IMG/VR virus record: IMGVR_UViG_3300027804_000196
Span: 1-26,516 of that record
Source: a virus
Lineage: Duplodnaviria > Caudoviricetes
Direction: 5' to 3' (one strand)
Length of the DNA stretch: 26,516 nt
Part shown: piece by piece, positions 19,241 to 26,516 of the stretch
Layout: every line of letters starts with the position of its first letter
Position numbering within the stretch: the stretch's first letter is position 1
Notes under the pieces: generated by a model
Told to the model about the DNA's origin: nothing
The model's database searches: none
The model's input: the letters and a program-made list of their open reading frames with translations, nothing else
Position numbers and translations under genes: made by a program

Positions 19241-19324
19241 GCCGTCGTTCCAATGCGCCGTCGTAAATTAAGGTAGGCAGGGATAGGACGGCGGACTACC
19301 CTTTTCGGGTGCCCCCTAGCCTCC
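19241..19324 (-). promoter_or_regulatory. Structured primase leader (candidate pseudoknotted cis-RNA or ssi-like priming site)
   Basis: Outer stem 19314-19324 with 19272-19282, inner hairpin ACCC-GAAAA-GGGU (19298-19310), and loop CGCCGUC complementary to two downstream GACGGC copies. Confidence 0.5.
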
Positions 19325-19345
19325 TCAAACTTTTAAGTATCCGTA

Positions 19346-20239
19346 TCAGTCATCCCACTCTTCAAGAACTTTGCTGAGATCTTTCTTGGGTGCAGGCTCT
19401 TCTTTCTTCACGCTGCGTTTGGTAGGCTCAGCGGTTGCTTCCACTTCGGCTGTAGCAGGGGTAACTGCTGCGGCTTGTGGGGGTGCACCAGGAATATCAA
19501 GGTCAGCGGTTTCCGGTACACCGTCTACTTGTGCAACCGTCATGGTAATCGCTTTCTGAGCGGTTTCGGACTTACCCTTCTCAATGACCGTCGTGAACTC
19601 GTTGGTCTCCAAATAACGCACAGGCTTGAACGTCAGCTTGGGCGATTGGCTACTTGTATCGAAACGCATCTCAGTAACCACGGCAGAGATAGGAATACCC
19701 TTGGTGCCAATCAAACGAGCATAGGTTTGCAAAGGCCACTTCCCAGGTTCACCTTCACCAAAGATAGACATGCTAGGCAGCGTAAGCTGATAGACCTCGC
19801 CATCAAGATCATGTCCAAGCACCACAGCAAGACGTTGTTGGAAACGGCAAGCACGTGAATCACCAGCGCCAGAGCCTTTAACATCTTGTGGGCAACCTTT
19901 GCAGGTTTTGTTCTGCGGTTCCTTCACAGACGGGTCAGGGGTTTCACCATCAGGAGACCAGCAAGTGGGACGGGTTATAGCACCCTTCTTGTATGTACCC
20001 ATATAAAAGATACGAGATACCTTGGGCGCTGCGTTTACGATAACTACGTTCATCGCACGATCTTCGTTCTTGGCAACTTCTTTGCCGTTGAGCATCATGC
20101 GGAACACACCACCCTCGATGGAGATGCGGGGGACACTGCCTCCGCTACCCATAAGCGCACGGGTTACATCGTCTAACCCTCCCAACTGTGCAAGGTGTGC
20201 GGGAAGGTTGCTACTTAAAACAGTTAATTCACTCATCAT
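19346..20239 (-). CDS. Putative single-stranded DNA-binding protein
   Basis: 297 aa. Beta-rich core with four Cys (CWS...CKGC...RAC), Ala/Pro linker, acidic aromatic tail EEWDD, and position next to the primase. Confidence 0.55.
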   Translation of the reverse strand: MMSELTVLSSNLPAHLAQLGGLDDVTRALMGSGGSVPRISIEGGVFRMMLNGKEVAKNEDRAMNVVIVNAAPKVSRIFYMGTYKKGAITRPTCWSPDGETPDPSVKEPQNKTCKGCPQDVKGSGAGDSRACRFQQRLAVVLGHDLDGEVYQLTLPSMSIFGEGEPGKWPLQTYARLIGTKGIPISAVVTEMRFDTSSQSPKLTFKPVRYLETNEFTTVIEKGKSETAQKAITMTVAQVDGVPETADLDIPGAPPQAAAVTPATAEVEATAEPTKRSVKKEEPAPKKDLSKVLEEWDD

Positions 20240-20625
20240 TTTCTCCGAATGGTGACAGCGTACTTGCTGTCGATGTTAAGACCAGGGGGAAGCAGGTCAG
20301 GGTTTTCTTCAAGGAACACGGACATGTTGGTTTGGGCAATACGCTTTTCCAACAGTTCTAAAGCACTGTGCTCTTTGATGAAGTTGTGGAACGAGTGCCA
20401 GTCGCTTGTCCAGTATCGTTTGGCAACCTTGCGAGTAACCGTACCATACTCGGTTTTGAAACCATCAGCACCCATGTGTTTGCATACCTCAAGCAGTTCG
20501 CTCTCGATAAGCTCTAGACTTTCTTTTAGTTCTGCATCCTCCTTCTCGTACTGCTCTGCAATCTCTTTGCGTTTGTCGCGTATCTTAATGTACGTCTTGA
20601 CAAGCTTATCAGCTTTCATATCCAT
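20236..20625 (-). CDS. Conserved-type phage coiled-coil protein (129 aa), function unknown
   Basis: Start moved to ATG 20625 based on SD AGGAG. N-terminal coiled coil, then KTEYGT...DW..F..FI...LLEKRI...PPGL. ATGA-coupled to the SSB. Confidence 0.75.
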   Translation of the reverse strand: MDMKADKLVKTYIKIRDKRKEIAEQYEKEDAELKESLELIESELLEVCKHMGADGFKTEYGTVTRKVAKRYWTSDWHSFHNFIKEHSALELLEKRIAQTNMSVFLEENPDLLPPGLNIDSKYAVTIRRK

Positions 20626-20652
20626 TTTCACTCTCCTAGTTATTACAACTAA

Positions 20653-20681
20653 ATATTACCAATAAACTTTATGGATGTCAA
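20653..20681 (-). promoter_or_regulatory. Strong sigma70-type promoter for the 129-aa gene / SSB / primase operon
   Basis: Minus strand TTGACA (20676-20681)-N17-TAATAT (20653-20658), with TG extended -10, in an AT-rich gap. Confidence 0.8.
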
Positions 20682-22225
20682 CTCTCCTTCATGATGTTGT
20701 CGTAAAGGTCAACCAATCTCGTGTGGATGTCCACTTTGGATTGGAGCATGGCATACATCTTTCTCTCTACCGGCGAGCCTTGAAGGTGCACCACCGTACA
20801 TGGATTACGTTGGCCTGCTCGATGCACACGTGCGTTCGCCTGTAAATAAGTTTCTACAGACATCACTGGAGACCAATAAATCACAACGTTCGCTGCGTGA
20901 AGTGTGACACCGTGCGACGCTGCTTGCGGTTGGATGATAAGCACCTTGGGGTCAGGCTGCGTTTGGAATCGATTAAAGATATCAGTGCGTTTGTTAACAC
21001 TAACCTCACCGTTCACAATTTCGCAGGAGTAGCCCGACTTGGTAAGCTCTTCATTAACAAGTTGTATGGCATGTCGGTACGGTACAAAAACAATCACCTT
21101 GTGACTTGCCTCGTCAATCACTTCTTTCAACGCTTCAATACGATTAGACGCATCGAACGACACCACCTCACCACTGTCTGAGTAAACTGCACCACAAGAT
21201 AATTGCAGAAGTTTGTTCAGGTTGGCTGCGGCATTGACTGTTGTGATCTCTTCACCCGCTGCTATCGTTGTCATGTGCTTGCGGATGTGCTCGTAGTACT
21301 GCATCTGCTGTTTAGTTAGCGGCACGTCCCGAGTCACATAGGTCATGTCCGGTAAATCTAAGCACTGCTCTTTAGTAAACCTGATAGCTGGCTGTAGCAC
21401 TTGATGCACGATGTCCTCTGCGCGGGGCTTGGGTACCCACTTGAAGTTCGTTATCTTTTGCATCACTTGGTCTTTGAATGAACCAAAGAAGCGTGGTACG
21501 CCAGAAGGATTGATGATCCTTGCTAATCCGTATGCGTCTGTTGGTGCCTGTGCTGCGGGTGTGCCCGTTAACATCCAGATCCATGTATCTGCTTTGATGA
21601 TTGATTGAAGTGCCTTCCATCTTTTTGTACTCACTGTTTTGTATGCGTTAGCTTCATCGACCACGATCAGATCGAAGTCGTTTTGGTTAACTGCATCTTT
21701 TATAATTTCTAGACCGTCGAAGTTACAGATCACAAAGTCAGAGTCTGTGTTCACTGCCTCAATGCGTTTCTTTCTGTCGTAGCTGTGGGCCACCGTCACT
21801 GTGCGGTGCATGGCAAATTTAAACAGATCATTCACCCATGCTGACTGCATGATGGATAGTGGGCACAGCACAAGAACTCTACGGATCATGCCGATGTTCA
21901 TCAGGTAATCCGCTGCCCAGATAACACTGCCAGTCTTGCCGGTGCCCTGCTCGTTAAAGCAAAAGCCTCGTCGATGCAACGTTAAGAACTCTGCCGTTGT
22001 GCGTTGATGTGCAAACGGTTTGTGTAGTCCAGGCCAATCGTACTGTGCAGTGATGGGGGACGGGACGTTTTTGATTCGCAGGTTCTTGAGGACTTGTGCT
22101 TCTTCTAGCCCCCACTTAACTAGCACCTCCCCACTGTCTAAGATCTTGCTCTTTGGTATGACCGTTGTGATCCGGTTCGGTTGCCTGACTCTCAGGAGCA
22201 GGGCTTTGTTAGCGACTATCTGCAT
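20678..22225 (-). CDS. SNF2-family (SF2) helicase
   Basis: 515 aa. NEQGTGKT (I), VLCP (Ia), VVDEAN (II), LTGTP (III), HGVTL (V), QANARVHRAGQ (VI). Confidence 0.92.
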   Translation of the reverse strand: MQIVANKALLLRVRQPNRITTVIPKSKILDSGEVLVKWGLEEAQVLKNLRIKNVPSPITAQYDWPGLHKPFAHQRTTAEFLTLHRRGFCFNEQGTGKTGSVIWAADYLMNIGMIRRVLVLCPLSIMQSAWVNDLFKFAMHRTVTVAHSYDRKKRIEAVNTDSDFVICNFDGLEIIKDAVNQNDFDLIVVDEANAYKTVSTKRWKALQSIIKADTWIWMLTGTPAAQAPTDAYGLARIINPSGVPRFFGSFKDQVMQKITNFKWVPKPRAEDIVHQVLQPAIRFTKEQCLDLPDMTYVTRDVPLTKQQMQYYEHIRKHMTTIAAGEEITTVNAAANLNKLLQLSCGAVYSDSGEVVSFDASNRIEALKEVIDEASHKVIVFVPYRHAIQLVNEELTKSGYSCEIVNGEVSVNKRTDIFNRFQTQPDPKVLIIQPQAASHGVTLHAANVVIYWSPVMSVETYLQANARVHRAGQRNPCTVVHLQGSPVERKMYAMLQSKVDIHTRLVDLYDNIMKES

Positions 22226-22460
22226 AATATTTTCTATATAGGTTGCTAACCGCCCCTTTGCGGGTCTTCATAAAATCACTTGTCCGAAATATTTTCCTAC
22301 CGTTAGGGGTAGTAACGTATGCGCTCCATCCAAAATCACATGTCCATGATGGAGGGTTTGTTTGAACTAACCGCTTACGTTCTTCCTTAAATACTTCTAA
22401 ATATCTACCTTCAATCTTTACCAAAGCCGCAAACTCGTCTTCACTTATTTTCGCTTTCAT
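22209..22460 (-). CDS. Hypothetical protein (83 aa, MKAKISEDEF...)
   Basis: ATG 22460 preceded by GGAGAGTGAAA. AT-richer than its neighbours; overlaps the helicase start. Confidence 0.6.
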   Translation of the reverse strand: MKAKISEDEFAALVKIEGRYLEVFKEERKRLVQTNPPSWTCDFGWSAYVTTPNGRKIFRTSDFMKTRKGAVSNLYRKYYADSR

Positions 22461-22483
22461 TTTCACTCTCCATGACACCAACA

Positions 22484-22510
22484 GGCCGAAAGTGAATTTT
22501 CACTCCGGCC
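22484..22510 (-). promoter_or_regulatory. Intergenic hairpin upstream of the 83-aa and helicase genes
   Basis: Minus strand GGCCG-G-AGTGA-AAAT-TCACT-TT-CGGCC. No poly-U tail. Confidence 0.55.
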
Positions 22511-22538
22511 CACCCAAAAACTTGTACTACGGTACTGC

Positions 22539-22850
22539 TTACTTCTTGCGTTCGCGCTTGCTAGTTTCTGAAACCAACTTGCCCGATGAATTACGTTTGA
22601 ACGATCTATTTGTTGAAGCTGATGTTACGCTATAACCGTCTTTATTGCTACCCCCCTTACTGAGGGCACGCTTGTGTGCAATGTCTTTACCTTCGCGGGT
22701 ATCGGCTTTGCCATTACCGTTATTGTCTTTACCGTTCTTATCTACTGCACGACGGGCACGTTGCCGCTCCATACGGTTCTCATGCTCACCACGCTTCAGT
22801 TGCATCTGGTACTCGTGCTTGTACGGACGAGGACTTTTTGTATAGGGCAT
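22539..22850 (-). CDS. Small basic HNH-like protein (possibly degenerate), 103 aa
   Basis: Start reassigned to MPYTKSPRPY with GGGAG RBS. GKDIAHKRALSKGGSN...STNRS resembles phage HNH proteins. Confidence 0.65.
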   Translation of the reverse strand: MPYTKSPRPYKHEYQMQLKRGEHENRMERQRARRAVDKNGKDNNGNGKADTREGKDIAHKRALSKGGSNKDGYSVTSASTNRSFKRNSSGKLVSETSKRERKK

Positions 22851-23058
22851 AGTATTTCTCCCGTTCGATTTCGTACTTCTTCGTCCCAACGCTAAAGATC
22901 TTAACGATCTTAACCCCAGGATGATCCTCAGCAACCCAATCCCTAACCATGTACATCTTGGGCGCTATGTAGCTATACACCGTCACGCTTTTCCCAGGCG
23001 TTTTCGACTCAACCAGCACCATCGCTTGGTGCATGTACCGCTCAATTATGTCGTCCAT
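22786..23058 (-). CDS. Hypothetical protein (90 aa)
   Basis: Fills the gap between the nuclease and HNH-like genes on the operon strand, overlapping both. No motif recognised. Confidence 0.45.
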   Translation of the reverse strand: MDDIIERYMHQAMVLVESKTPGKSVTVYSYIAPKMYMVRDWVAEDHPGVKIVKIFSVGTKKYEIEREKYYALYKKSSSVQARVPDATEAW

Positions 23059-23704
23059 TATGGGGGCAGCTTGTCACAGCGCAGTATTGTTTACAGGAGA
23101 AGTTAGGACGTGCGTTCCACACATCGTTTTCATACGCCGCTTCCAACTGTGCTGTGTCTCGCATCCATTTTACCCAGTGAAGCTGCGGTGCGCTAGTGTC
23201 GTAATCCACCTTTACAAAATCGTTTGCAACAACAAACAACAGTCCCGCCTTGATGCGTTTGATCTGCGGGAAGTGCACGAACAAGGCAAGTGCCAGAATC
23301 TCTAGCTGCTTGGTGTCCGCATACTTGGAAGACTTGCCTGTCTTGTAGTCCACCAGAAATGCCTTGTCATCTTTAATAATCACAAGATCAGCCACACCAC
23401 GCCACCACACGTCGGGTGCGAAGAAGTCACATGCCTTAAGATCTTTGGTCAGCCCCATGCGGTATTCGCACAGGTACTCTCCACCAATCTGCTTGAGCGC
23501 GTCCAACGGCTCCTGCATGAATCTGAACTGCGGGGGGATCGGCACGTCATTCTTGATGTAGAACTCTGCCGCTTCGTGTACAAGCTTGCCATAGGTGAGG
23601 TGCTCGGTCTCAGGCTCCCTGAAATCCTTTGCCACCCGCAGGTGATAGTACTTCTTGGGACACTGTTGGAACAGTGAGAGGGAGGAATAAGACCAAGCAG
23701 CCAT
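23042..23704 (-). CDS. PD-(D/E)XK exonuclease, Cas4/AddB-like with probable Fe-S cysteines
   Basis: WSYSSL...CP, GKLVH, RGVADL, VDYKTGK, and C-terminal CKQYCAVTSC. Confidence 0.85.
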   Translation of the reverse strand: MAAWSYSSLSLFQQCPKKYYHLRVAKDFREPETEHLTYGKLVHEAAEFYIKNDVPIPPQFRFMQEPLDALKQIGGEYLCEYRMGLTKDLKACDFFAPDVWWRGVADLVIIKDDKAFLVDYKTGKSSKYADTKQLEILALALFVHFPQIKRIKAGLLFVVANDFVKVDYDTSAPQLHWVKWMRDTAQLEAAYENDVWNARPNFSCKQYCAVTSCPHNGRHN

Positions 23705-23705
23705 G

Positions 23706-23894
23706 TTATATCCCAGAGTCTACGTGACTGAGCAGTGCAATCTGAAGCTGCCGAACATCTGCGATCAACTCATTGACGATCAGCAACGCTTCCTCAAACT
23801 TCTTATCATTTGCCGCGACGTACAACTCCTTAAGATGTTGCTGTGCACTAATGTAAAACGGGGAAAAATCAACAGTCTCCGTAACTCTCACCAT
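23706..23894 (-). CDS. Small helical hypothetical protein (62 aa, MVRVTETVDFSPFY...)
   Basis: ATG 23894 overlaps the polymerase 3' end and the ORF abuts the nuclease start. The longer 103-aa version overlaps the polymerase too far. Confidence 0.6.
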   Translation of the reverse strand: MVRVTETVDFSPFYISAQQHLKELYVAANDKKFEEALLIVNELIADVRQLQIALLSHVDSGI

Positions 23895-25692
23895 ATCCTG
23901 CCTCACAATTAAGGGGTAAATCAATGCACCACTGAGGGCGACTTCGCATGCACTGTTCAACATACGCTTTGGCTTCCTCAGCTTCTTCCTTCGGTGCAAT
24001 ACAAGCAACTGCGTCATGGACCGTTAGCACCACCTTGTAGCGTTTAGCGATCAACGTCATCTGCTCGGCAATCACACAACGTGCAATAGCTTGGCACAGA
24101 TTCTCAATCACTTTACCACCATACGTCTTGGTTGCGCCTTTTCGAGTGGGGTACTCGTACTGCGTCTTGCCATCGGTAGTTACTTTGTGCAGCCCCTCAT
24201 ATCGTAGCCACAACTTGTTAGGCAGCATGAAGCCCTGCTTCAGGGGATCGAATGTCAGTACACCTTCGCGCCCAAGGGACGCAGACTGCTTTTGAATGAT
24301 CGCTTCTAGGCATCGTTGGGCACTCGACCATAGCTCGGGGATCTTGGCATAGGTGCTGCGGTACACATCGATAATGCGTTTACATTCAGCTTCCTCTACC
24401 TCAGTGCCAAGCACCTTTAGCTGAGCGGCAAATTTTGCCGCCCCCATGCCGTAACCTGCACCCAAGATTGTCGTCTTACCGACAAACCTTTCGTCCTTGC
24501 TGATCTCTTCAACCGGCTTACCGTAGATGGCACTAGCCATAATCTTATAGACATCCTCACCTTTCTCGAAGGCTTCTACGAGATCGTTCTGCTCAGCAAG
24601 CCAAGCCAGCACCCGTGCCTCGATCTGCGATGAGTCCGAGTCGATAATCACAAACCCTTCCGGTGCGCGTATCGCTCGCTTTAACTTGTTAGCGTTCTGT
24701 CCACGGCTCGGTAGATTCTGCAAGTTCACCTTGTCGTCACCACCCCAACGCCCCGTGTGGGCAGCGTAATACTTAAGGGGCACAGGCATACGCCCACGTT
24801 TAGCGATGTCGATGAACCGTTGTGTGCGGGTCTCTTCAAGGGTTGTCTTGTTACCAAGTCTGGCACCGACCAGGATCTGCACCCGAGGGTCAGGGTGGTT
24901 AGCTAACTCTTTAAACGCCTCGTCTGTCTTGGCAAACGCCCATGCTTCCTTACCCGTCTTAGCACTGATCTTGACAGGAGGCTCGACGCCCATCTTCTTG
25001 AGCAGTTCTGCAAACTTGTCATTGGACATCAGGTCATCACGGTTAGCCGCAGCCATCTCAAGCAGTTGCTCTTTCTTAGCCTTGACATTCTCCAGGTGCT
25101 GCTCCAAAAGCAGCAAGTCAAGCTCAAGCGTAGGTTCGGTAAACATCTTGATGGTTGTGTCGATAACTTTCAATTCCTTGGTGGGGAAGTTTTGAATCAA
25201 GATATCGAACAAGGCACGGGTCAGATTGACATCATTAATACAGTACCCGCTGTACGCCTCTAACTCATCAGGACTGAAGTCTGCCCTACGTTTACCAAGC
25301 GCATTAACTACCTCCGTTCCCTTCTTTCCAAGCTGGTACTTCTCAGCAAGAAATGCGAGGCTTCCTCCCACATCCACACCGTGCCACGCACGAGCCATAG
25401 ACAGAGTGTCGAGAATACCTTTAGGGTAAATATCAAAACGCCAAGAAAGAATAGAGGCATCAAACACAGCATTGTGAGCAAGAAGAAAGCTATTTTGCCA
25501 GTCAAACTCATGGAGCCAATCGTACGTCTGCTGATGGTCCCCCGAAAACCAAATGGTCGGTTCGTCATTGACTTGCACTCCTACACCAATAGCTTCAAAC
25601 AATTCGCTGCGAACGTACTCTTCAGTTGTGATCTTTGATAGGCTGTATTCTTTATCGTAATAAGTTTCAAAGTCTAGTGCAATGATGTTCAT
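23869..25692 (-). CDS. polA: Phage DNA polymerase, family A, with 3'-5' exonuclease
   Basis: ExoI LDFET, ExoII HNAVFD, ExoIII YCIND; HTGRW; motif A DSSQIEARVLA; motif B RFVGKTTILGAGYG; motif C VHD. Confidence 0.95.
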   Translation of the reverse strand: MNIIALDFETYYDKEYSLSKITTEEYVRSELFEAIGVGVQVNDEPTIWFSGDHQQTYDWLHEFDWQNSFLLAHNAVFDASILSWRFDIYPKGILDTLSMARAWHGVDVGGSLAFLAEKYQLGKKGTEVVNALGKRRADFSPDELEAYSGYCINDVNLTRALFDILIQNFPTKELKVIDTTIKMFTEPTLELDLLLLEQHLENVKAKKEQLLEMAAANRDDLMSNDKFAELLKKMGVEPPVKISAKTGKEAWAFAKTDEAFKELANHPDPRVQILVGARLGNKTTLEETRTQRFIDIAKRGRMPVPLKYYAAHTGRWGGDDKVNLQNLPSRGQNANKLKRAIRAPEGFVIIDSDSSQIEARVLAWLAEQNDLVEAFEKGEDVYKIMASAIYGKPVEEISKDERFVGKTTILGAGYGMGAAKFAAQLKVLGTEVEEAECKRIIDVYRSTYAKIPELWSSAQRCLEAIIQKQSASLGREGVLTFDPLKQGFMLPNKLWLRYEGLHKVTTDGKTQYEYPTRKGATKTYGGKVIENLCQAIARCVIAEQMTLIAKRYKVVLTVHDAVACIAPKEEAEEAKAYVEQCMRSRPQWCIDLPLNCEAGYGESYGDC

Positions 25693-26000
25693 AGTTTGCC
25701 AAGGTACGTGAAGAGGTCTTGAGACTTGGCACCAGACGATAGCAGTCTGCCCCTTGCGTCATCTTTAGACTTGGTCTCACGTATAAACTTCTTGGGGATC
25801 AGCTTCTTATTTAATCTGTTATACACCGTCGCAACAGACATAGACTTAATACCGGATGCAACCGTGGACTTGTTTATGCCACCGTCCATTTCGTTACATG
25901 CTACGTGGTTGATGATCCGCAGATCAGTTTCATCCAGGTTGTACTTAGTTTGCACACCGTTCAGTGTGGTGACAAGGTCAGCAAGTTTGGCAATACTCAT
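25689..26000 (-). CDS. Winged-helix (MarR-like) DNA-binding protein
   Basis: 103 aa. MSVATVYNRLNKKL recognition helix and SKDDARGRLL wing. AGGAG RBS; ATGA-coupled to polA. Confidence 0.6.
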   Translation of the reverse strand: MSIAKLADLVTTLNGVQTKYNLDETDLRIINHVACNEMDGGINKSTVASGIKSMSVATVYNRLNKKLIPKKFIRETKSKDDARGRLLSSGAKSQDLFTYLGKL

Positions 26001-26248
26001 TTCACTCTCCTAATTGCGTAATAATAAACAGGACGTTTGGCTACATAGTTTGTGAATGTAAAGTTTACTACAACTATTCGTTTTTCTAAAAGAGGTGCCA
26101 TGTATCTTCGCACTGTTCTTTCGCTAACTTTCATAATTTTTGCAAGATCCTTGATGGTCAGTCCGTGCTGATTCTTCAGCCTACGTACGATCTCCATCTG
26201 CCTACCAATAGAATCACGTCGTGTGTAGGACTTGGGTTTGGATCTCAT
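25997..26248 (-). CDS. HTH DNA-binding protein
   Basis: 83 aa. GLTIKDLAKIMKVSERTVRRYM is a classic HTH. Confidence 0.75.
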   Translation of the reverse strand: MRSKPKSYTRRDSIGRQMEIVRRLKNQHGLTIKDLAKIMKVSERTVRRYMAPLLEKRIVVVNFTFTNYVAKRPVYYYAIRRVK

Positions 26249-26516
26249 TTAGCATCTCGCCAACAAGGTGAATGTTGTTCTCGTTCACCACGATTGCTTT
26301 GCCGTCGGCTTGAATAATTTTCGTGAGTTCTCGATCTTGGAGGGCAGTGGTCTTGCCAGCACCCGCTTTGCACTCGATAGCAAAGAACTTACCGAGAAAG
26401 CAACCGACAATATCAGGCACACCACTGCGACCATACCCACCAGTCGCAGGCATAAAGTAATAAACTCCATCACGTCTCTCCAGTTCAGCACGTACACGTT
26501 TCTTAACCTTTGCTTC
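26214..26516 (-). CDS. VRR-NUC domain nuclease (5'-truncated by the window edge)
   Basis: The frame stays open to the window end: EAKVKKRV...GVPDIVGC..GKFFAIECKA...TALQ. Confidence 0.85.
   Translation of the reverse strand, partial: EAKVKKRVRAELERRDGVYYFMPATGGYGRSGVPDIVGCFLGKFFAIECKAGAGKTTALQDRELTKIIQADGKAIVVNENNIHLVGEMLNEIQTQVLHTT

Noticed and set aside
22851-22934. Longer N-terminus of the HNH-like ORF (131 aa)
   Set aside because: The RBS supports ATG 22850, and the extension overlaps another ORF.
23042-23704. Cas4-like gene as evidence of a CRISPR-Cas system
   Set aside because: No array or other cas genes are visible. Solo Cas4-like nucleases are common in phage replication modules.
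23869-25692. Polymerase as a modified-base (DpoZ-like) enzyme or intein/intron host
   Set aside because: No purZ or base-modification genes are in the window, and the length and motifs are continuous with no insertion.
344-26497. Many short antisense or alternate-frame ORFs in the six-frame track
   Set aside because: They shadow long genes and I noticed no convincing RBS or motif. Only 11667-11846 had independent support.

Overview
This window is 26.5 kb of a tailed dsDNA phage (podovirus-like Caudoviricetes) with two convergent arms. The + arm (1-16150) is late/structural: a GH24 endolysin, a tail nozzle/stabilization-like protein, a probable tail appendage protein, three Ala/Gly/Gln-rich candidate ejection proteins, and a 2114-aa polyvalent protein (zincin HExxH + ART-like + LPD38-like). 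The - arm (16234-26516) is early/replication: VRR-NUC (partial), two HTH proteins, a Leu762-type family A DNA polymerase, a Cas4-like nuclease, an HNH-like protein, an SNF2 helicase, a putative SSB and an AEP primase-DUF927 helicase fusion. The most striking unexplained signal is an apparent RNA-level regulatory circuit. A ~73-nt minus-strand sRNA candidate in the convergent gap has its own sigma70-like promoter, a G-U-containing stem and an intrinsic terminator. Its seed UUCACUCUCCU is the exact complement of a (A)GGAGAGUGAA element forming the RBS of three early genes. Also notable are a pseudoknot-like leader on the primase gene, an overprinted 59-aa ORF with a strong RBS inside the polyvalent gene, and recurrent (hydrophobic)-A-x-G-G motifs and QxxLF clamp-binding-like motifs in the virion proteins. 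All family calls come from motif recognition by eye, not database searches.
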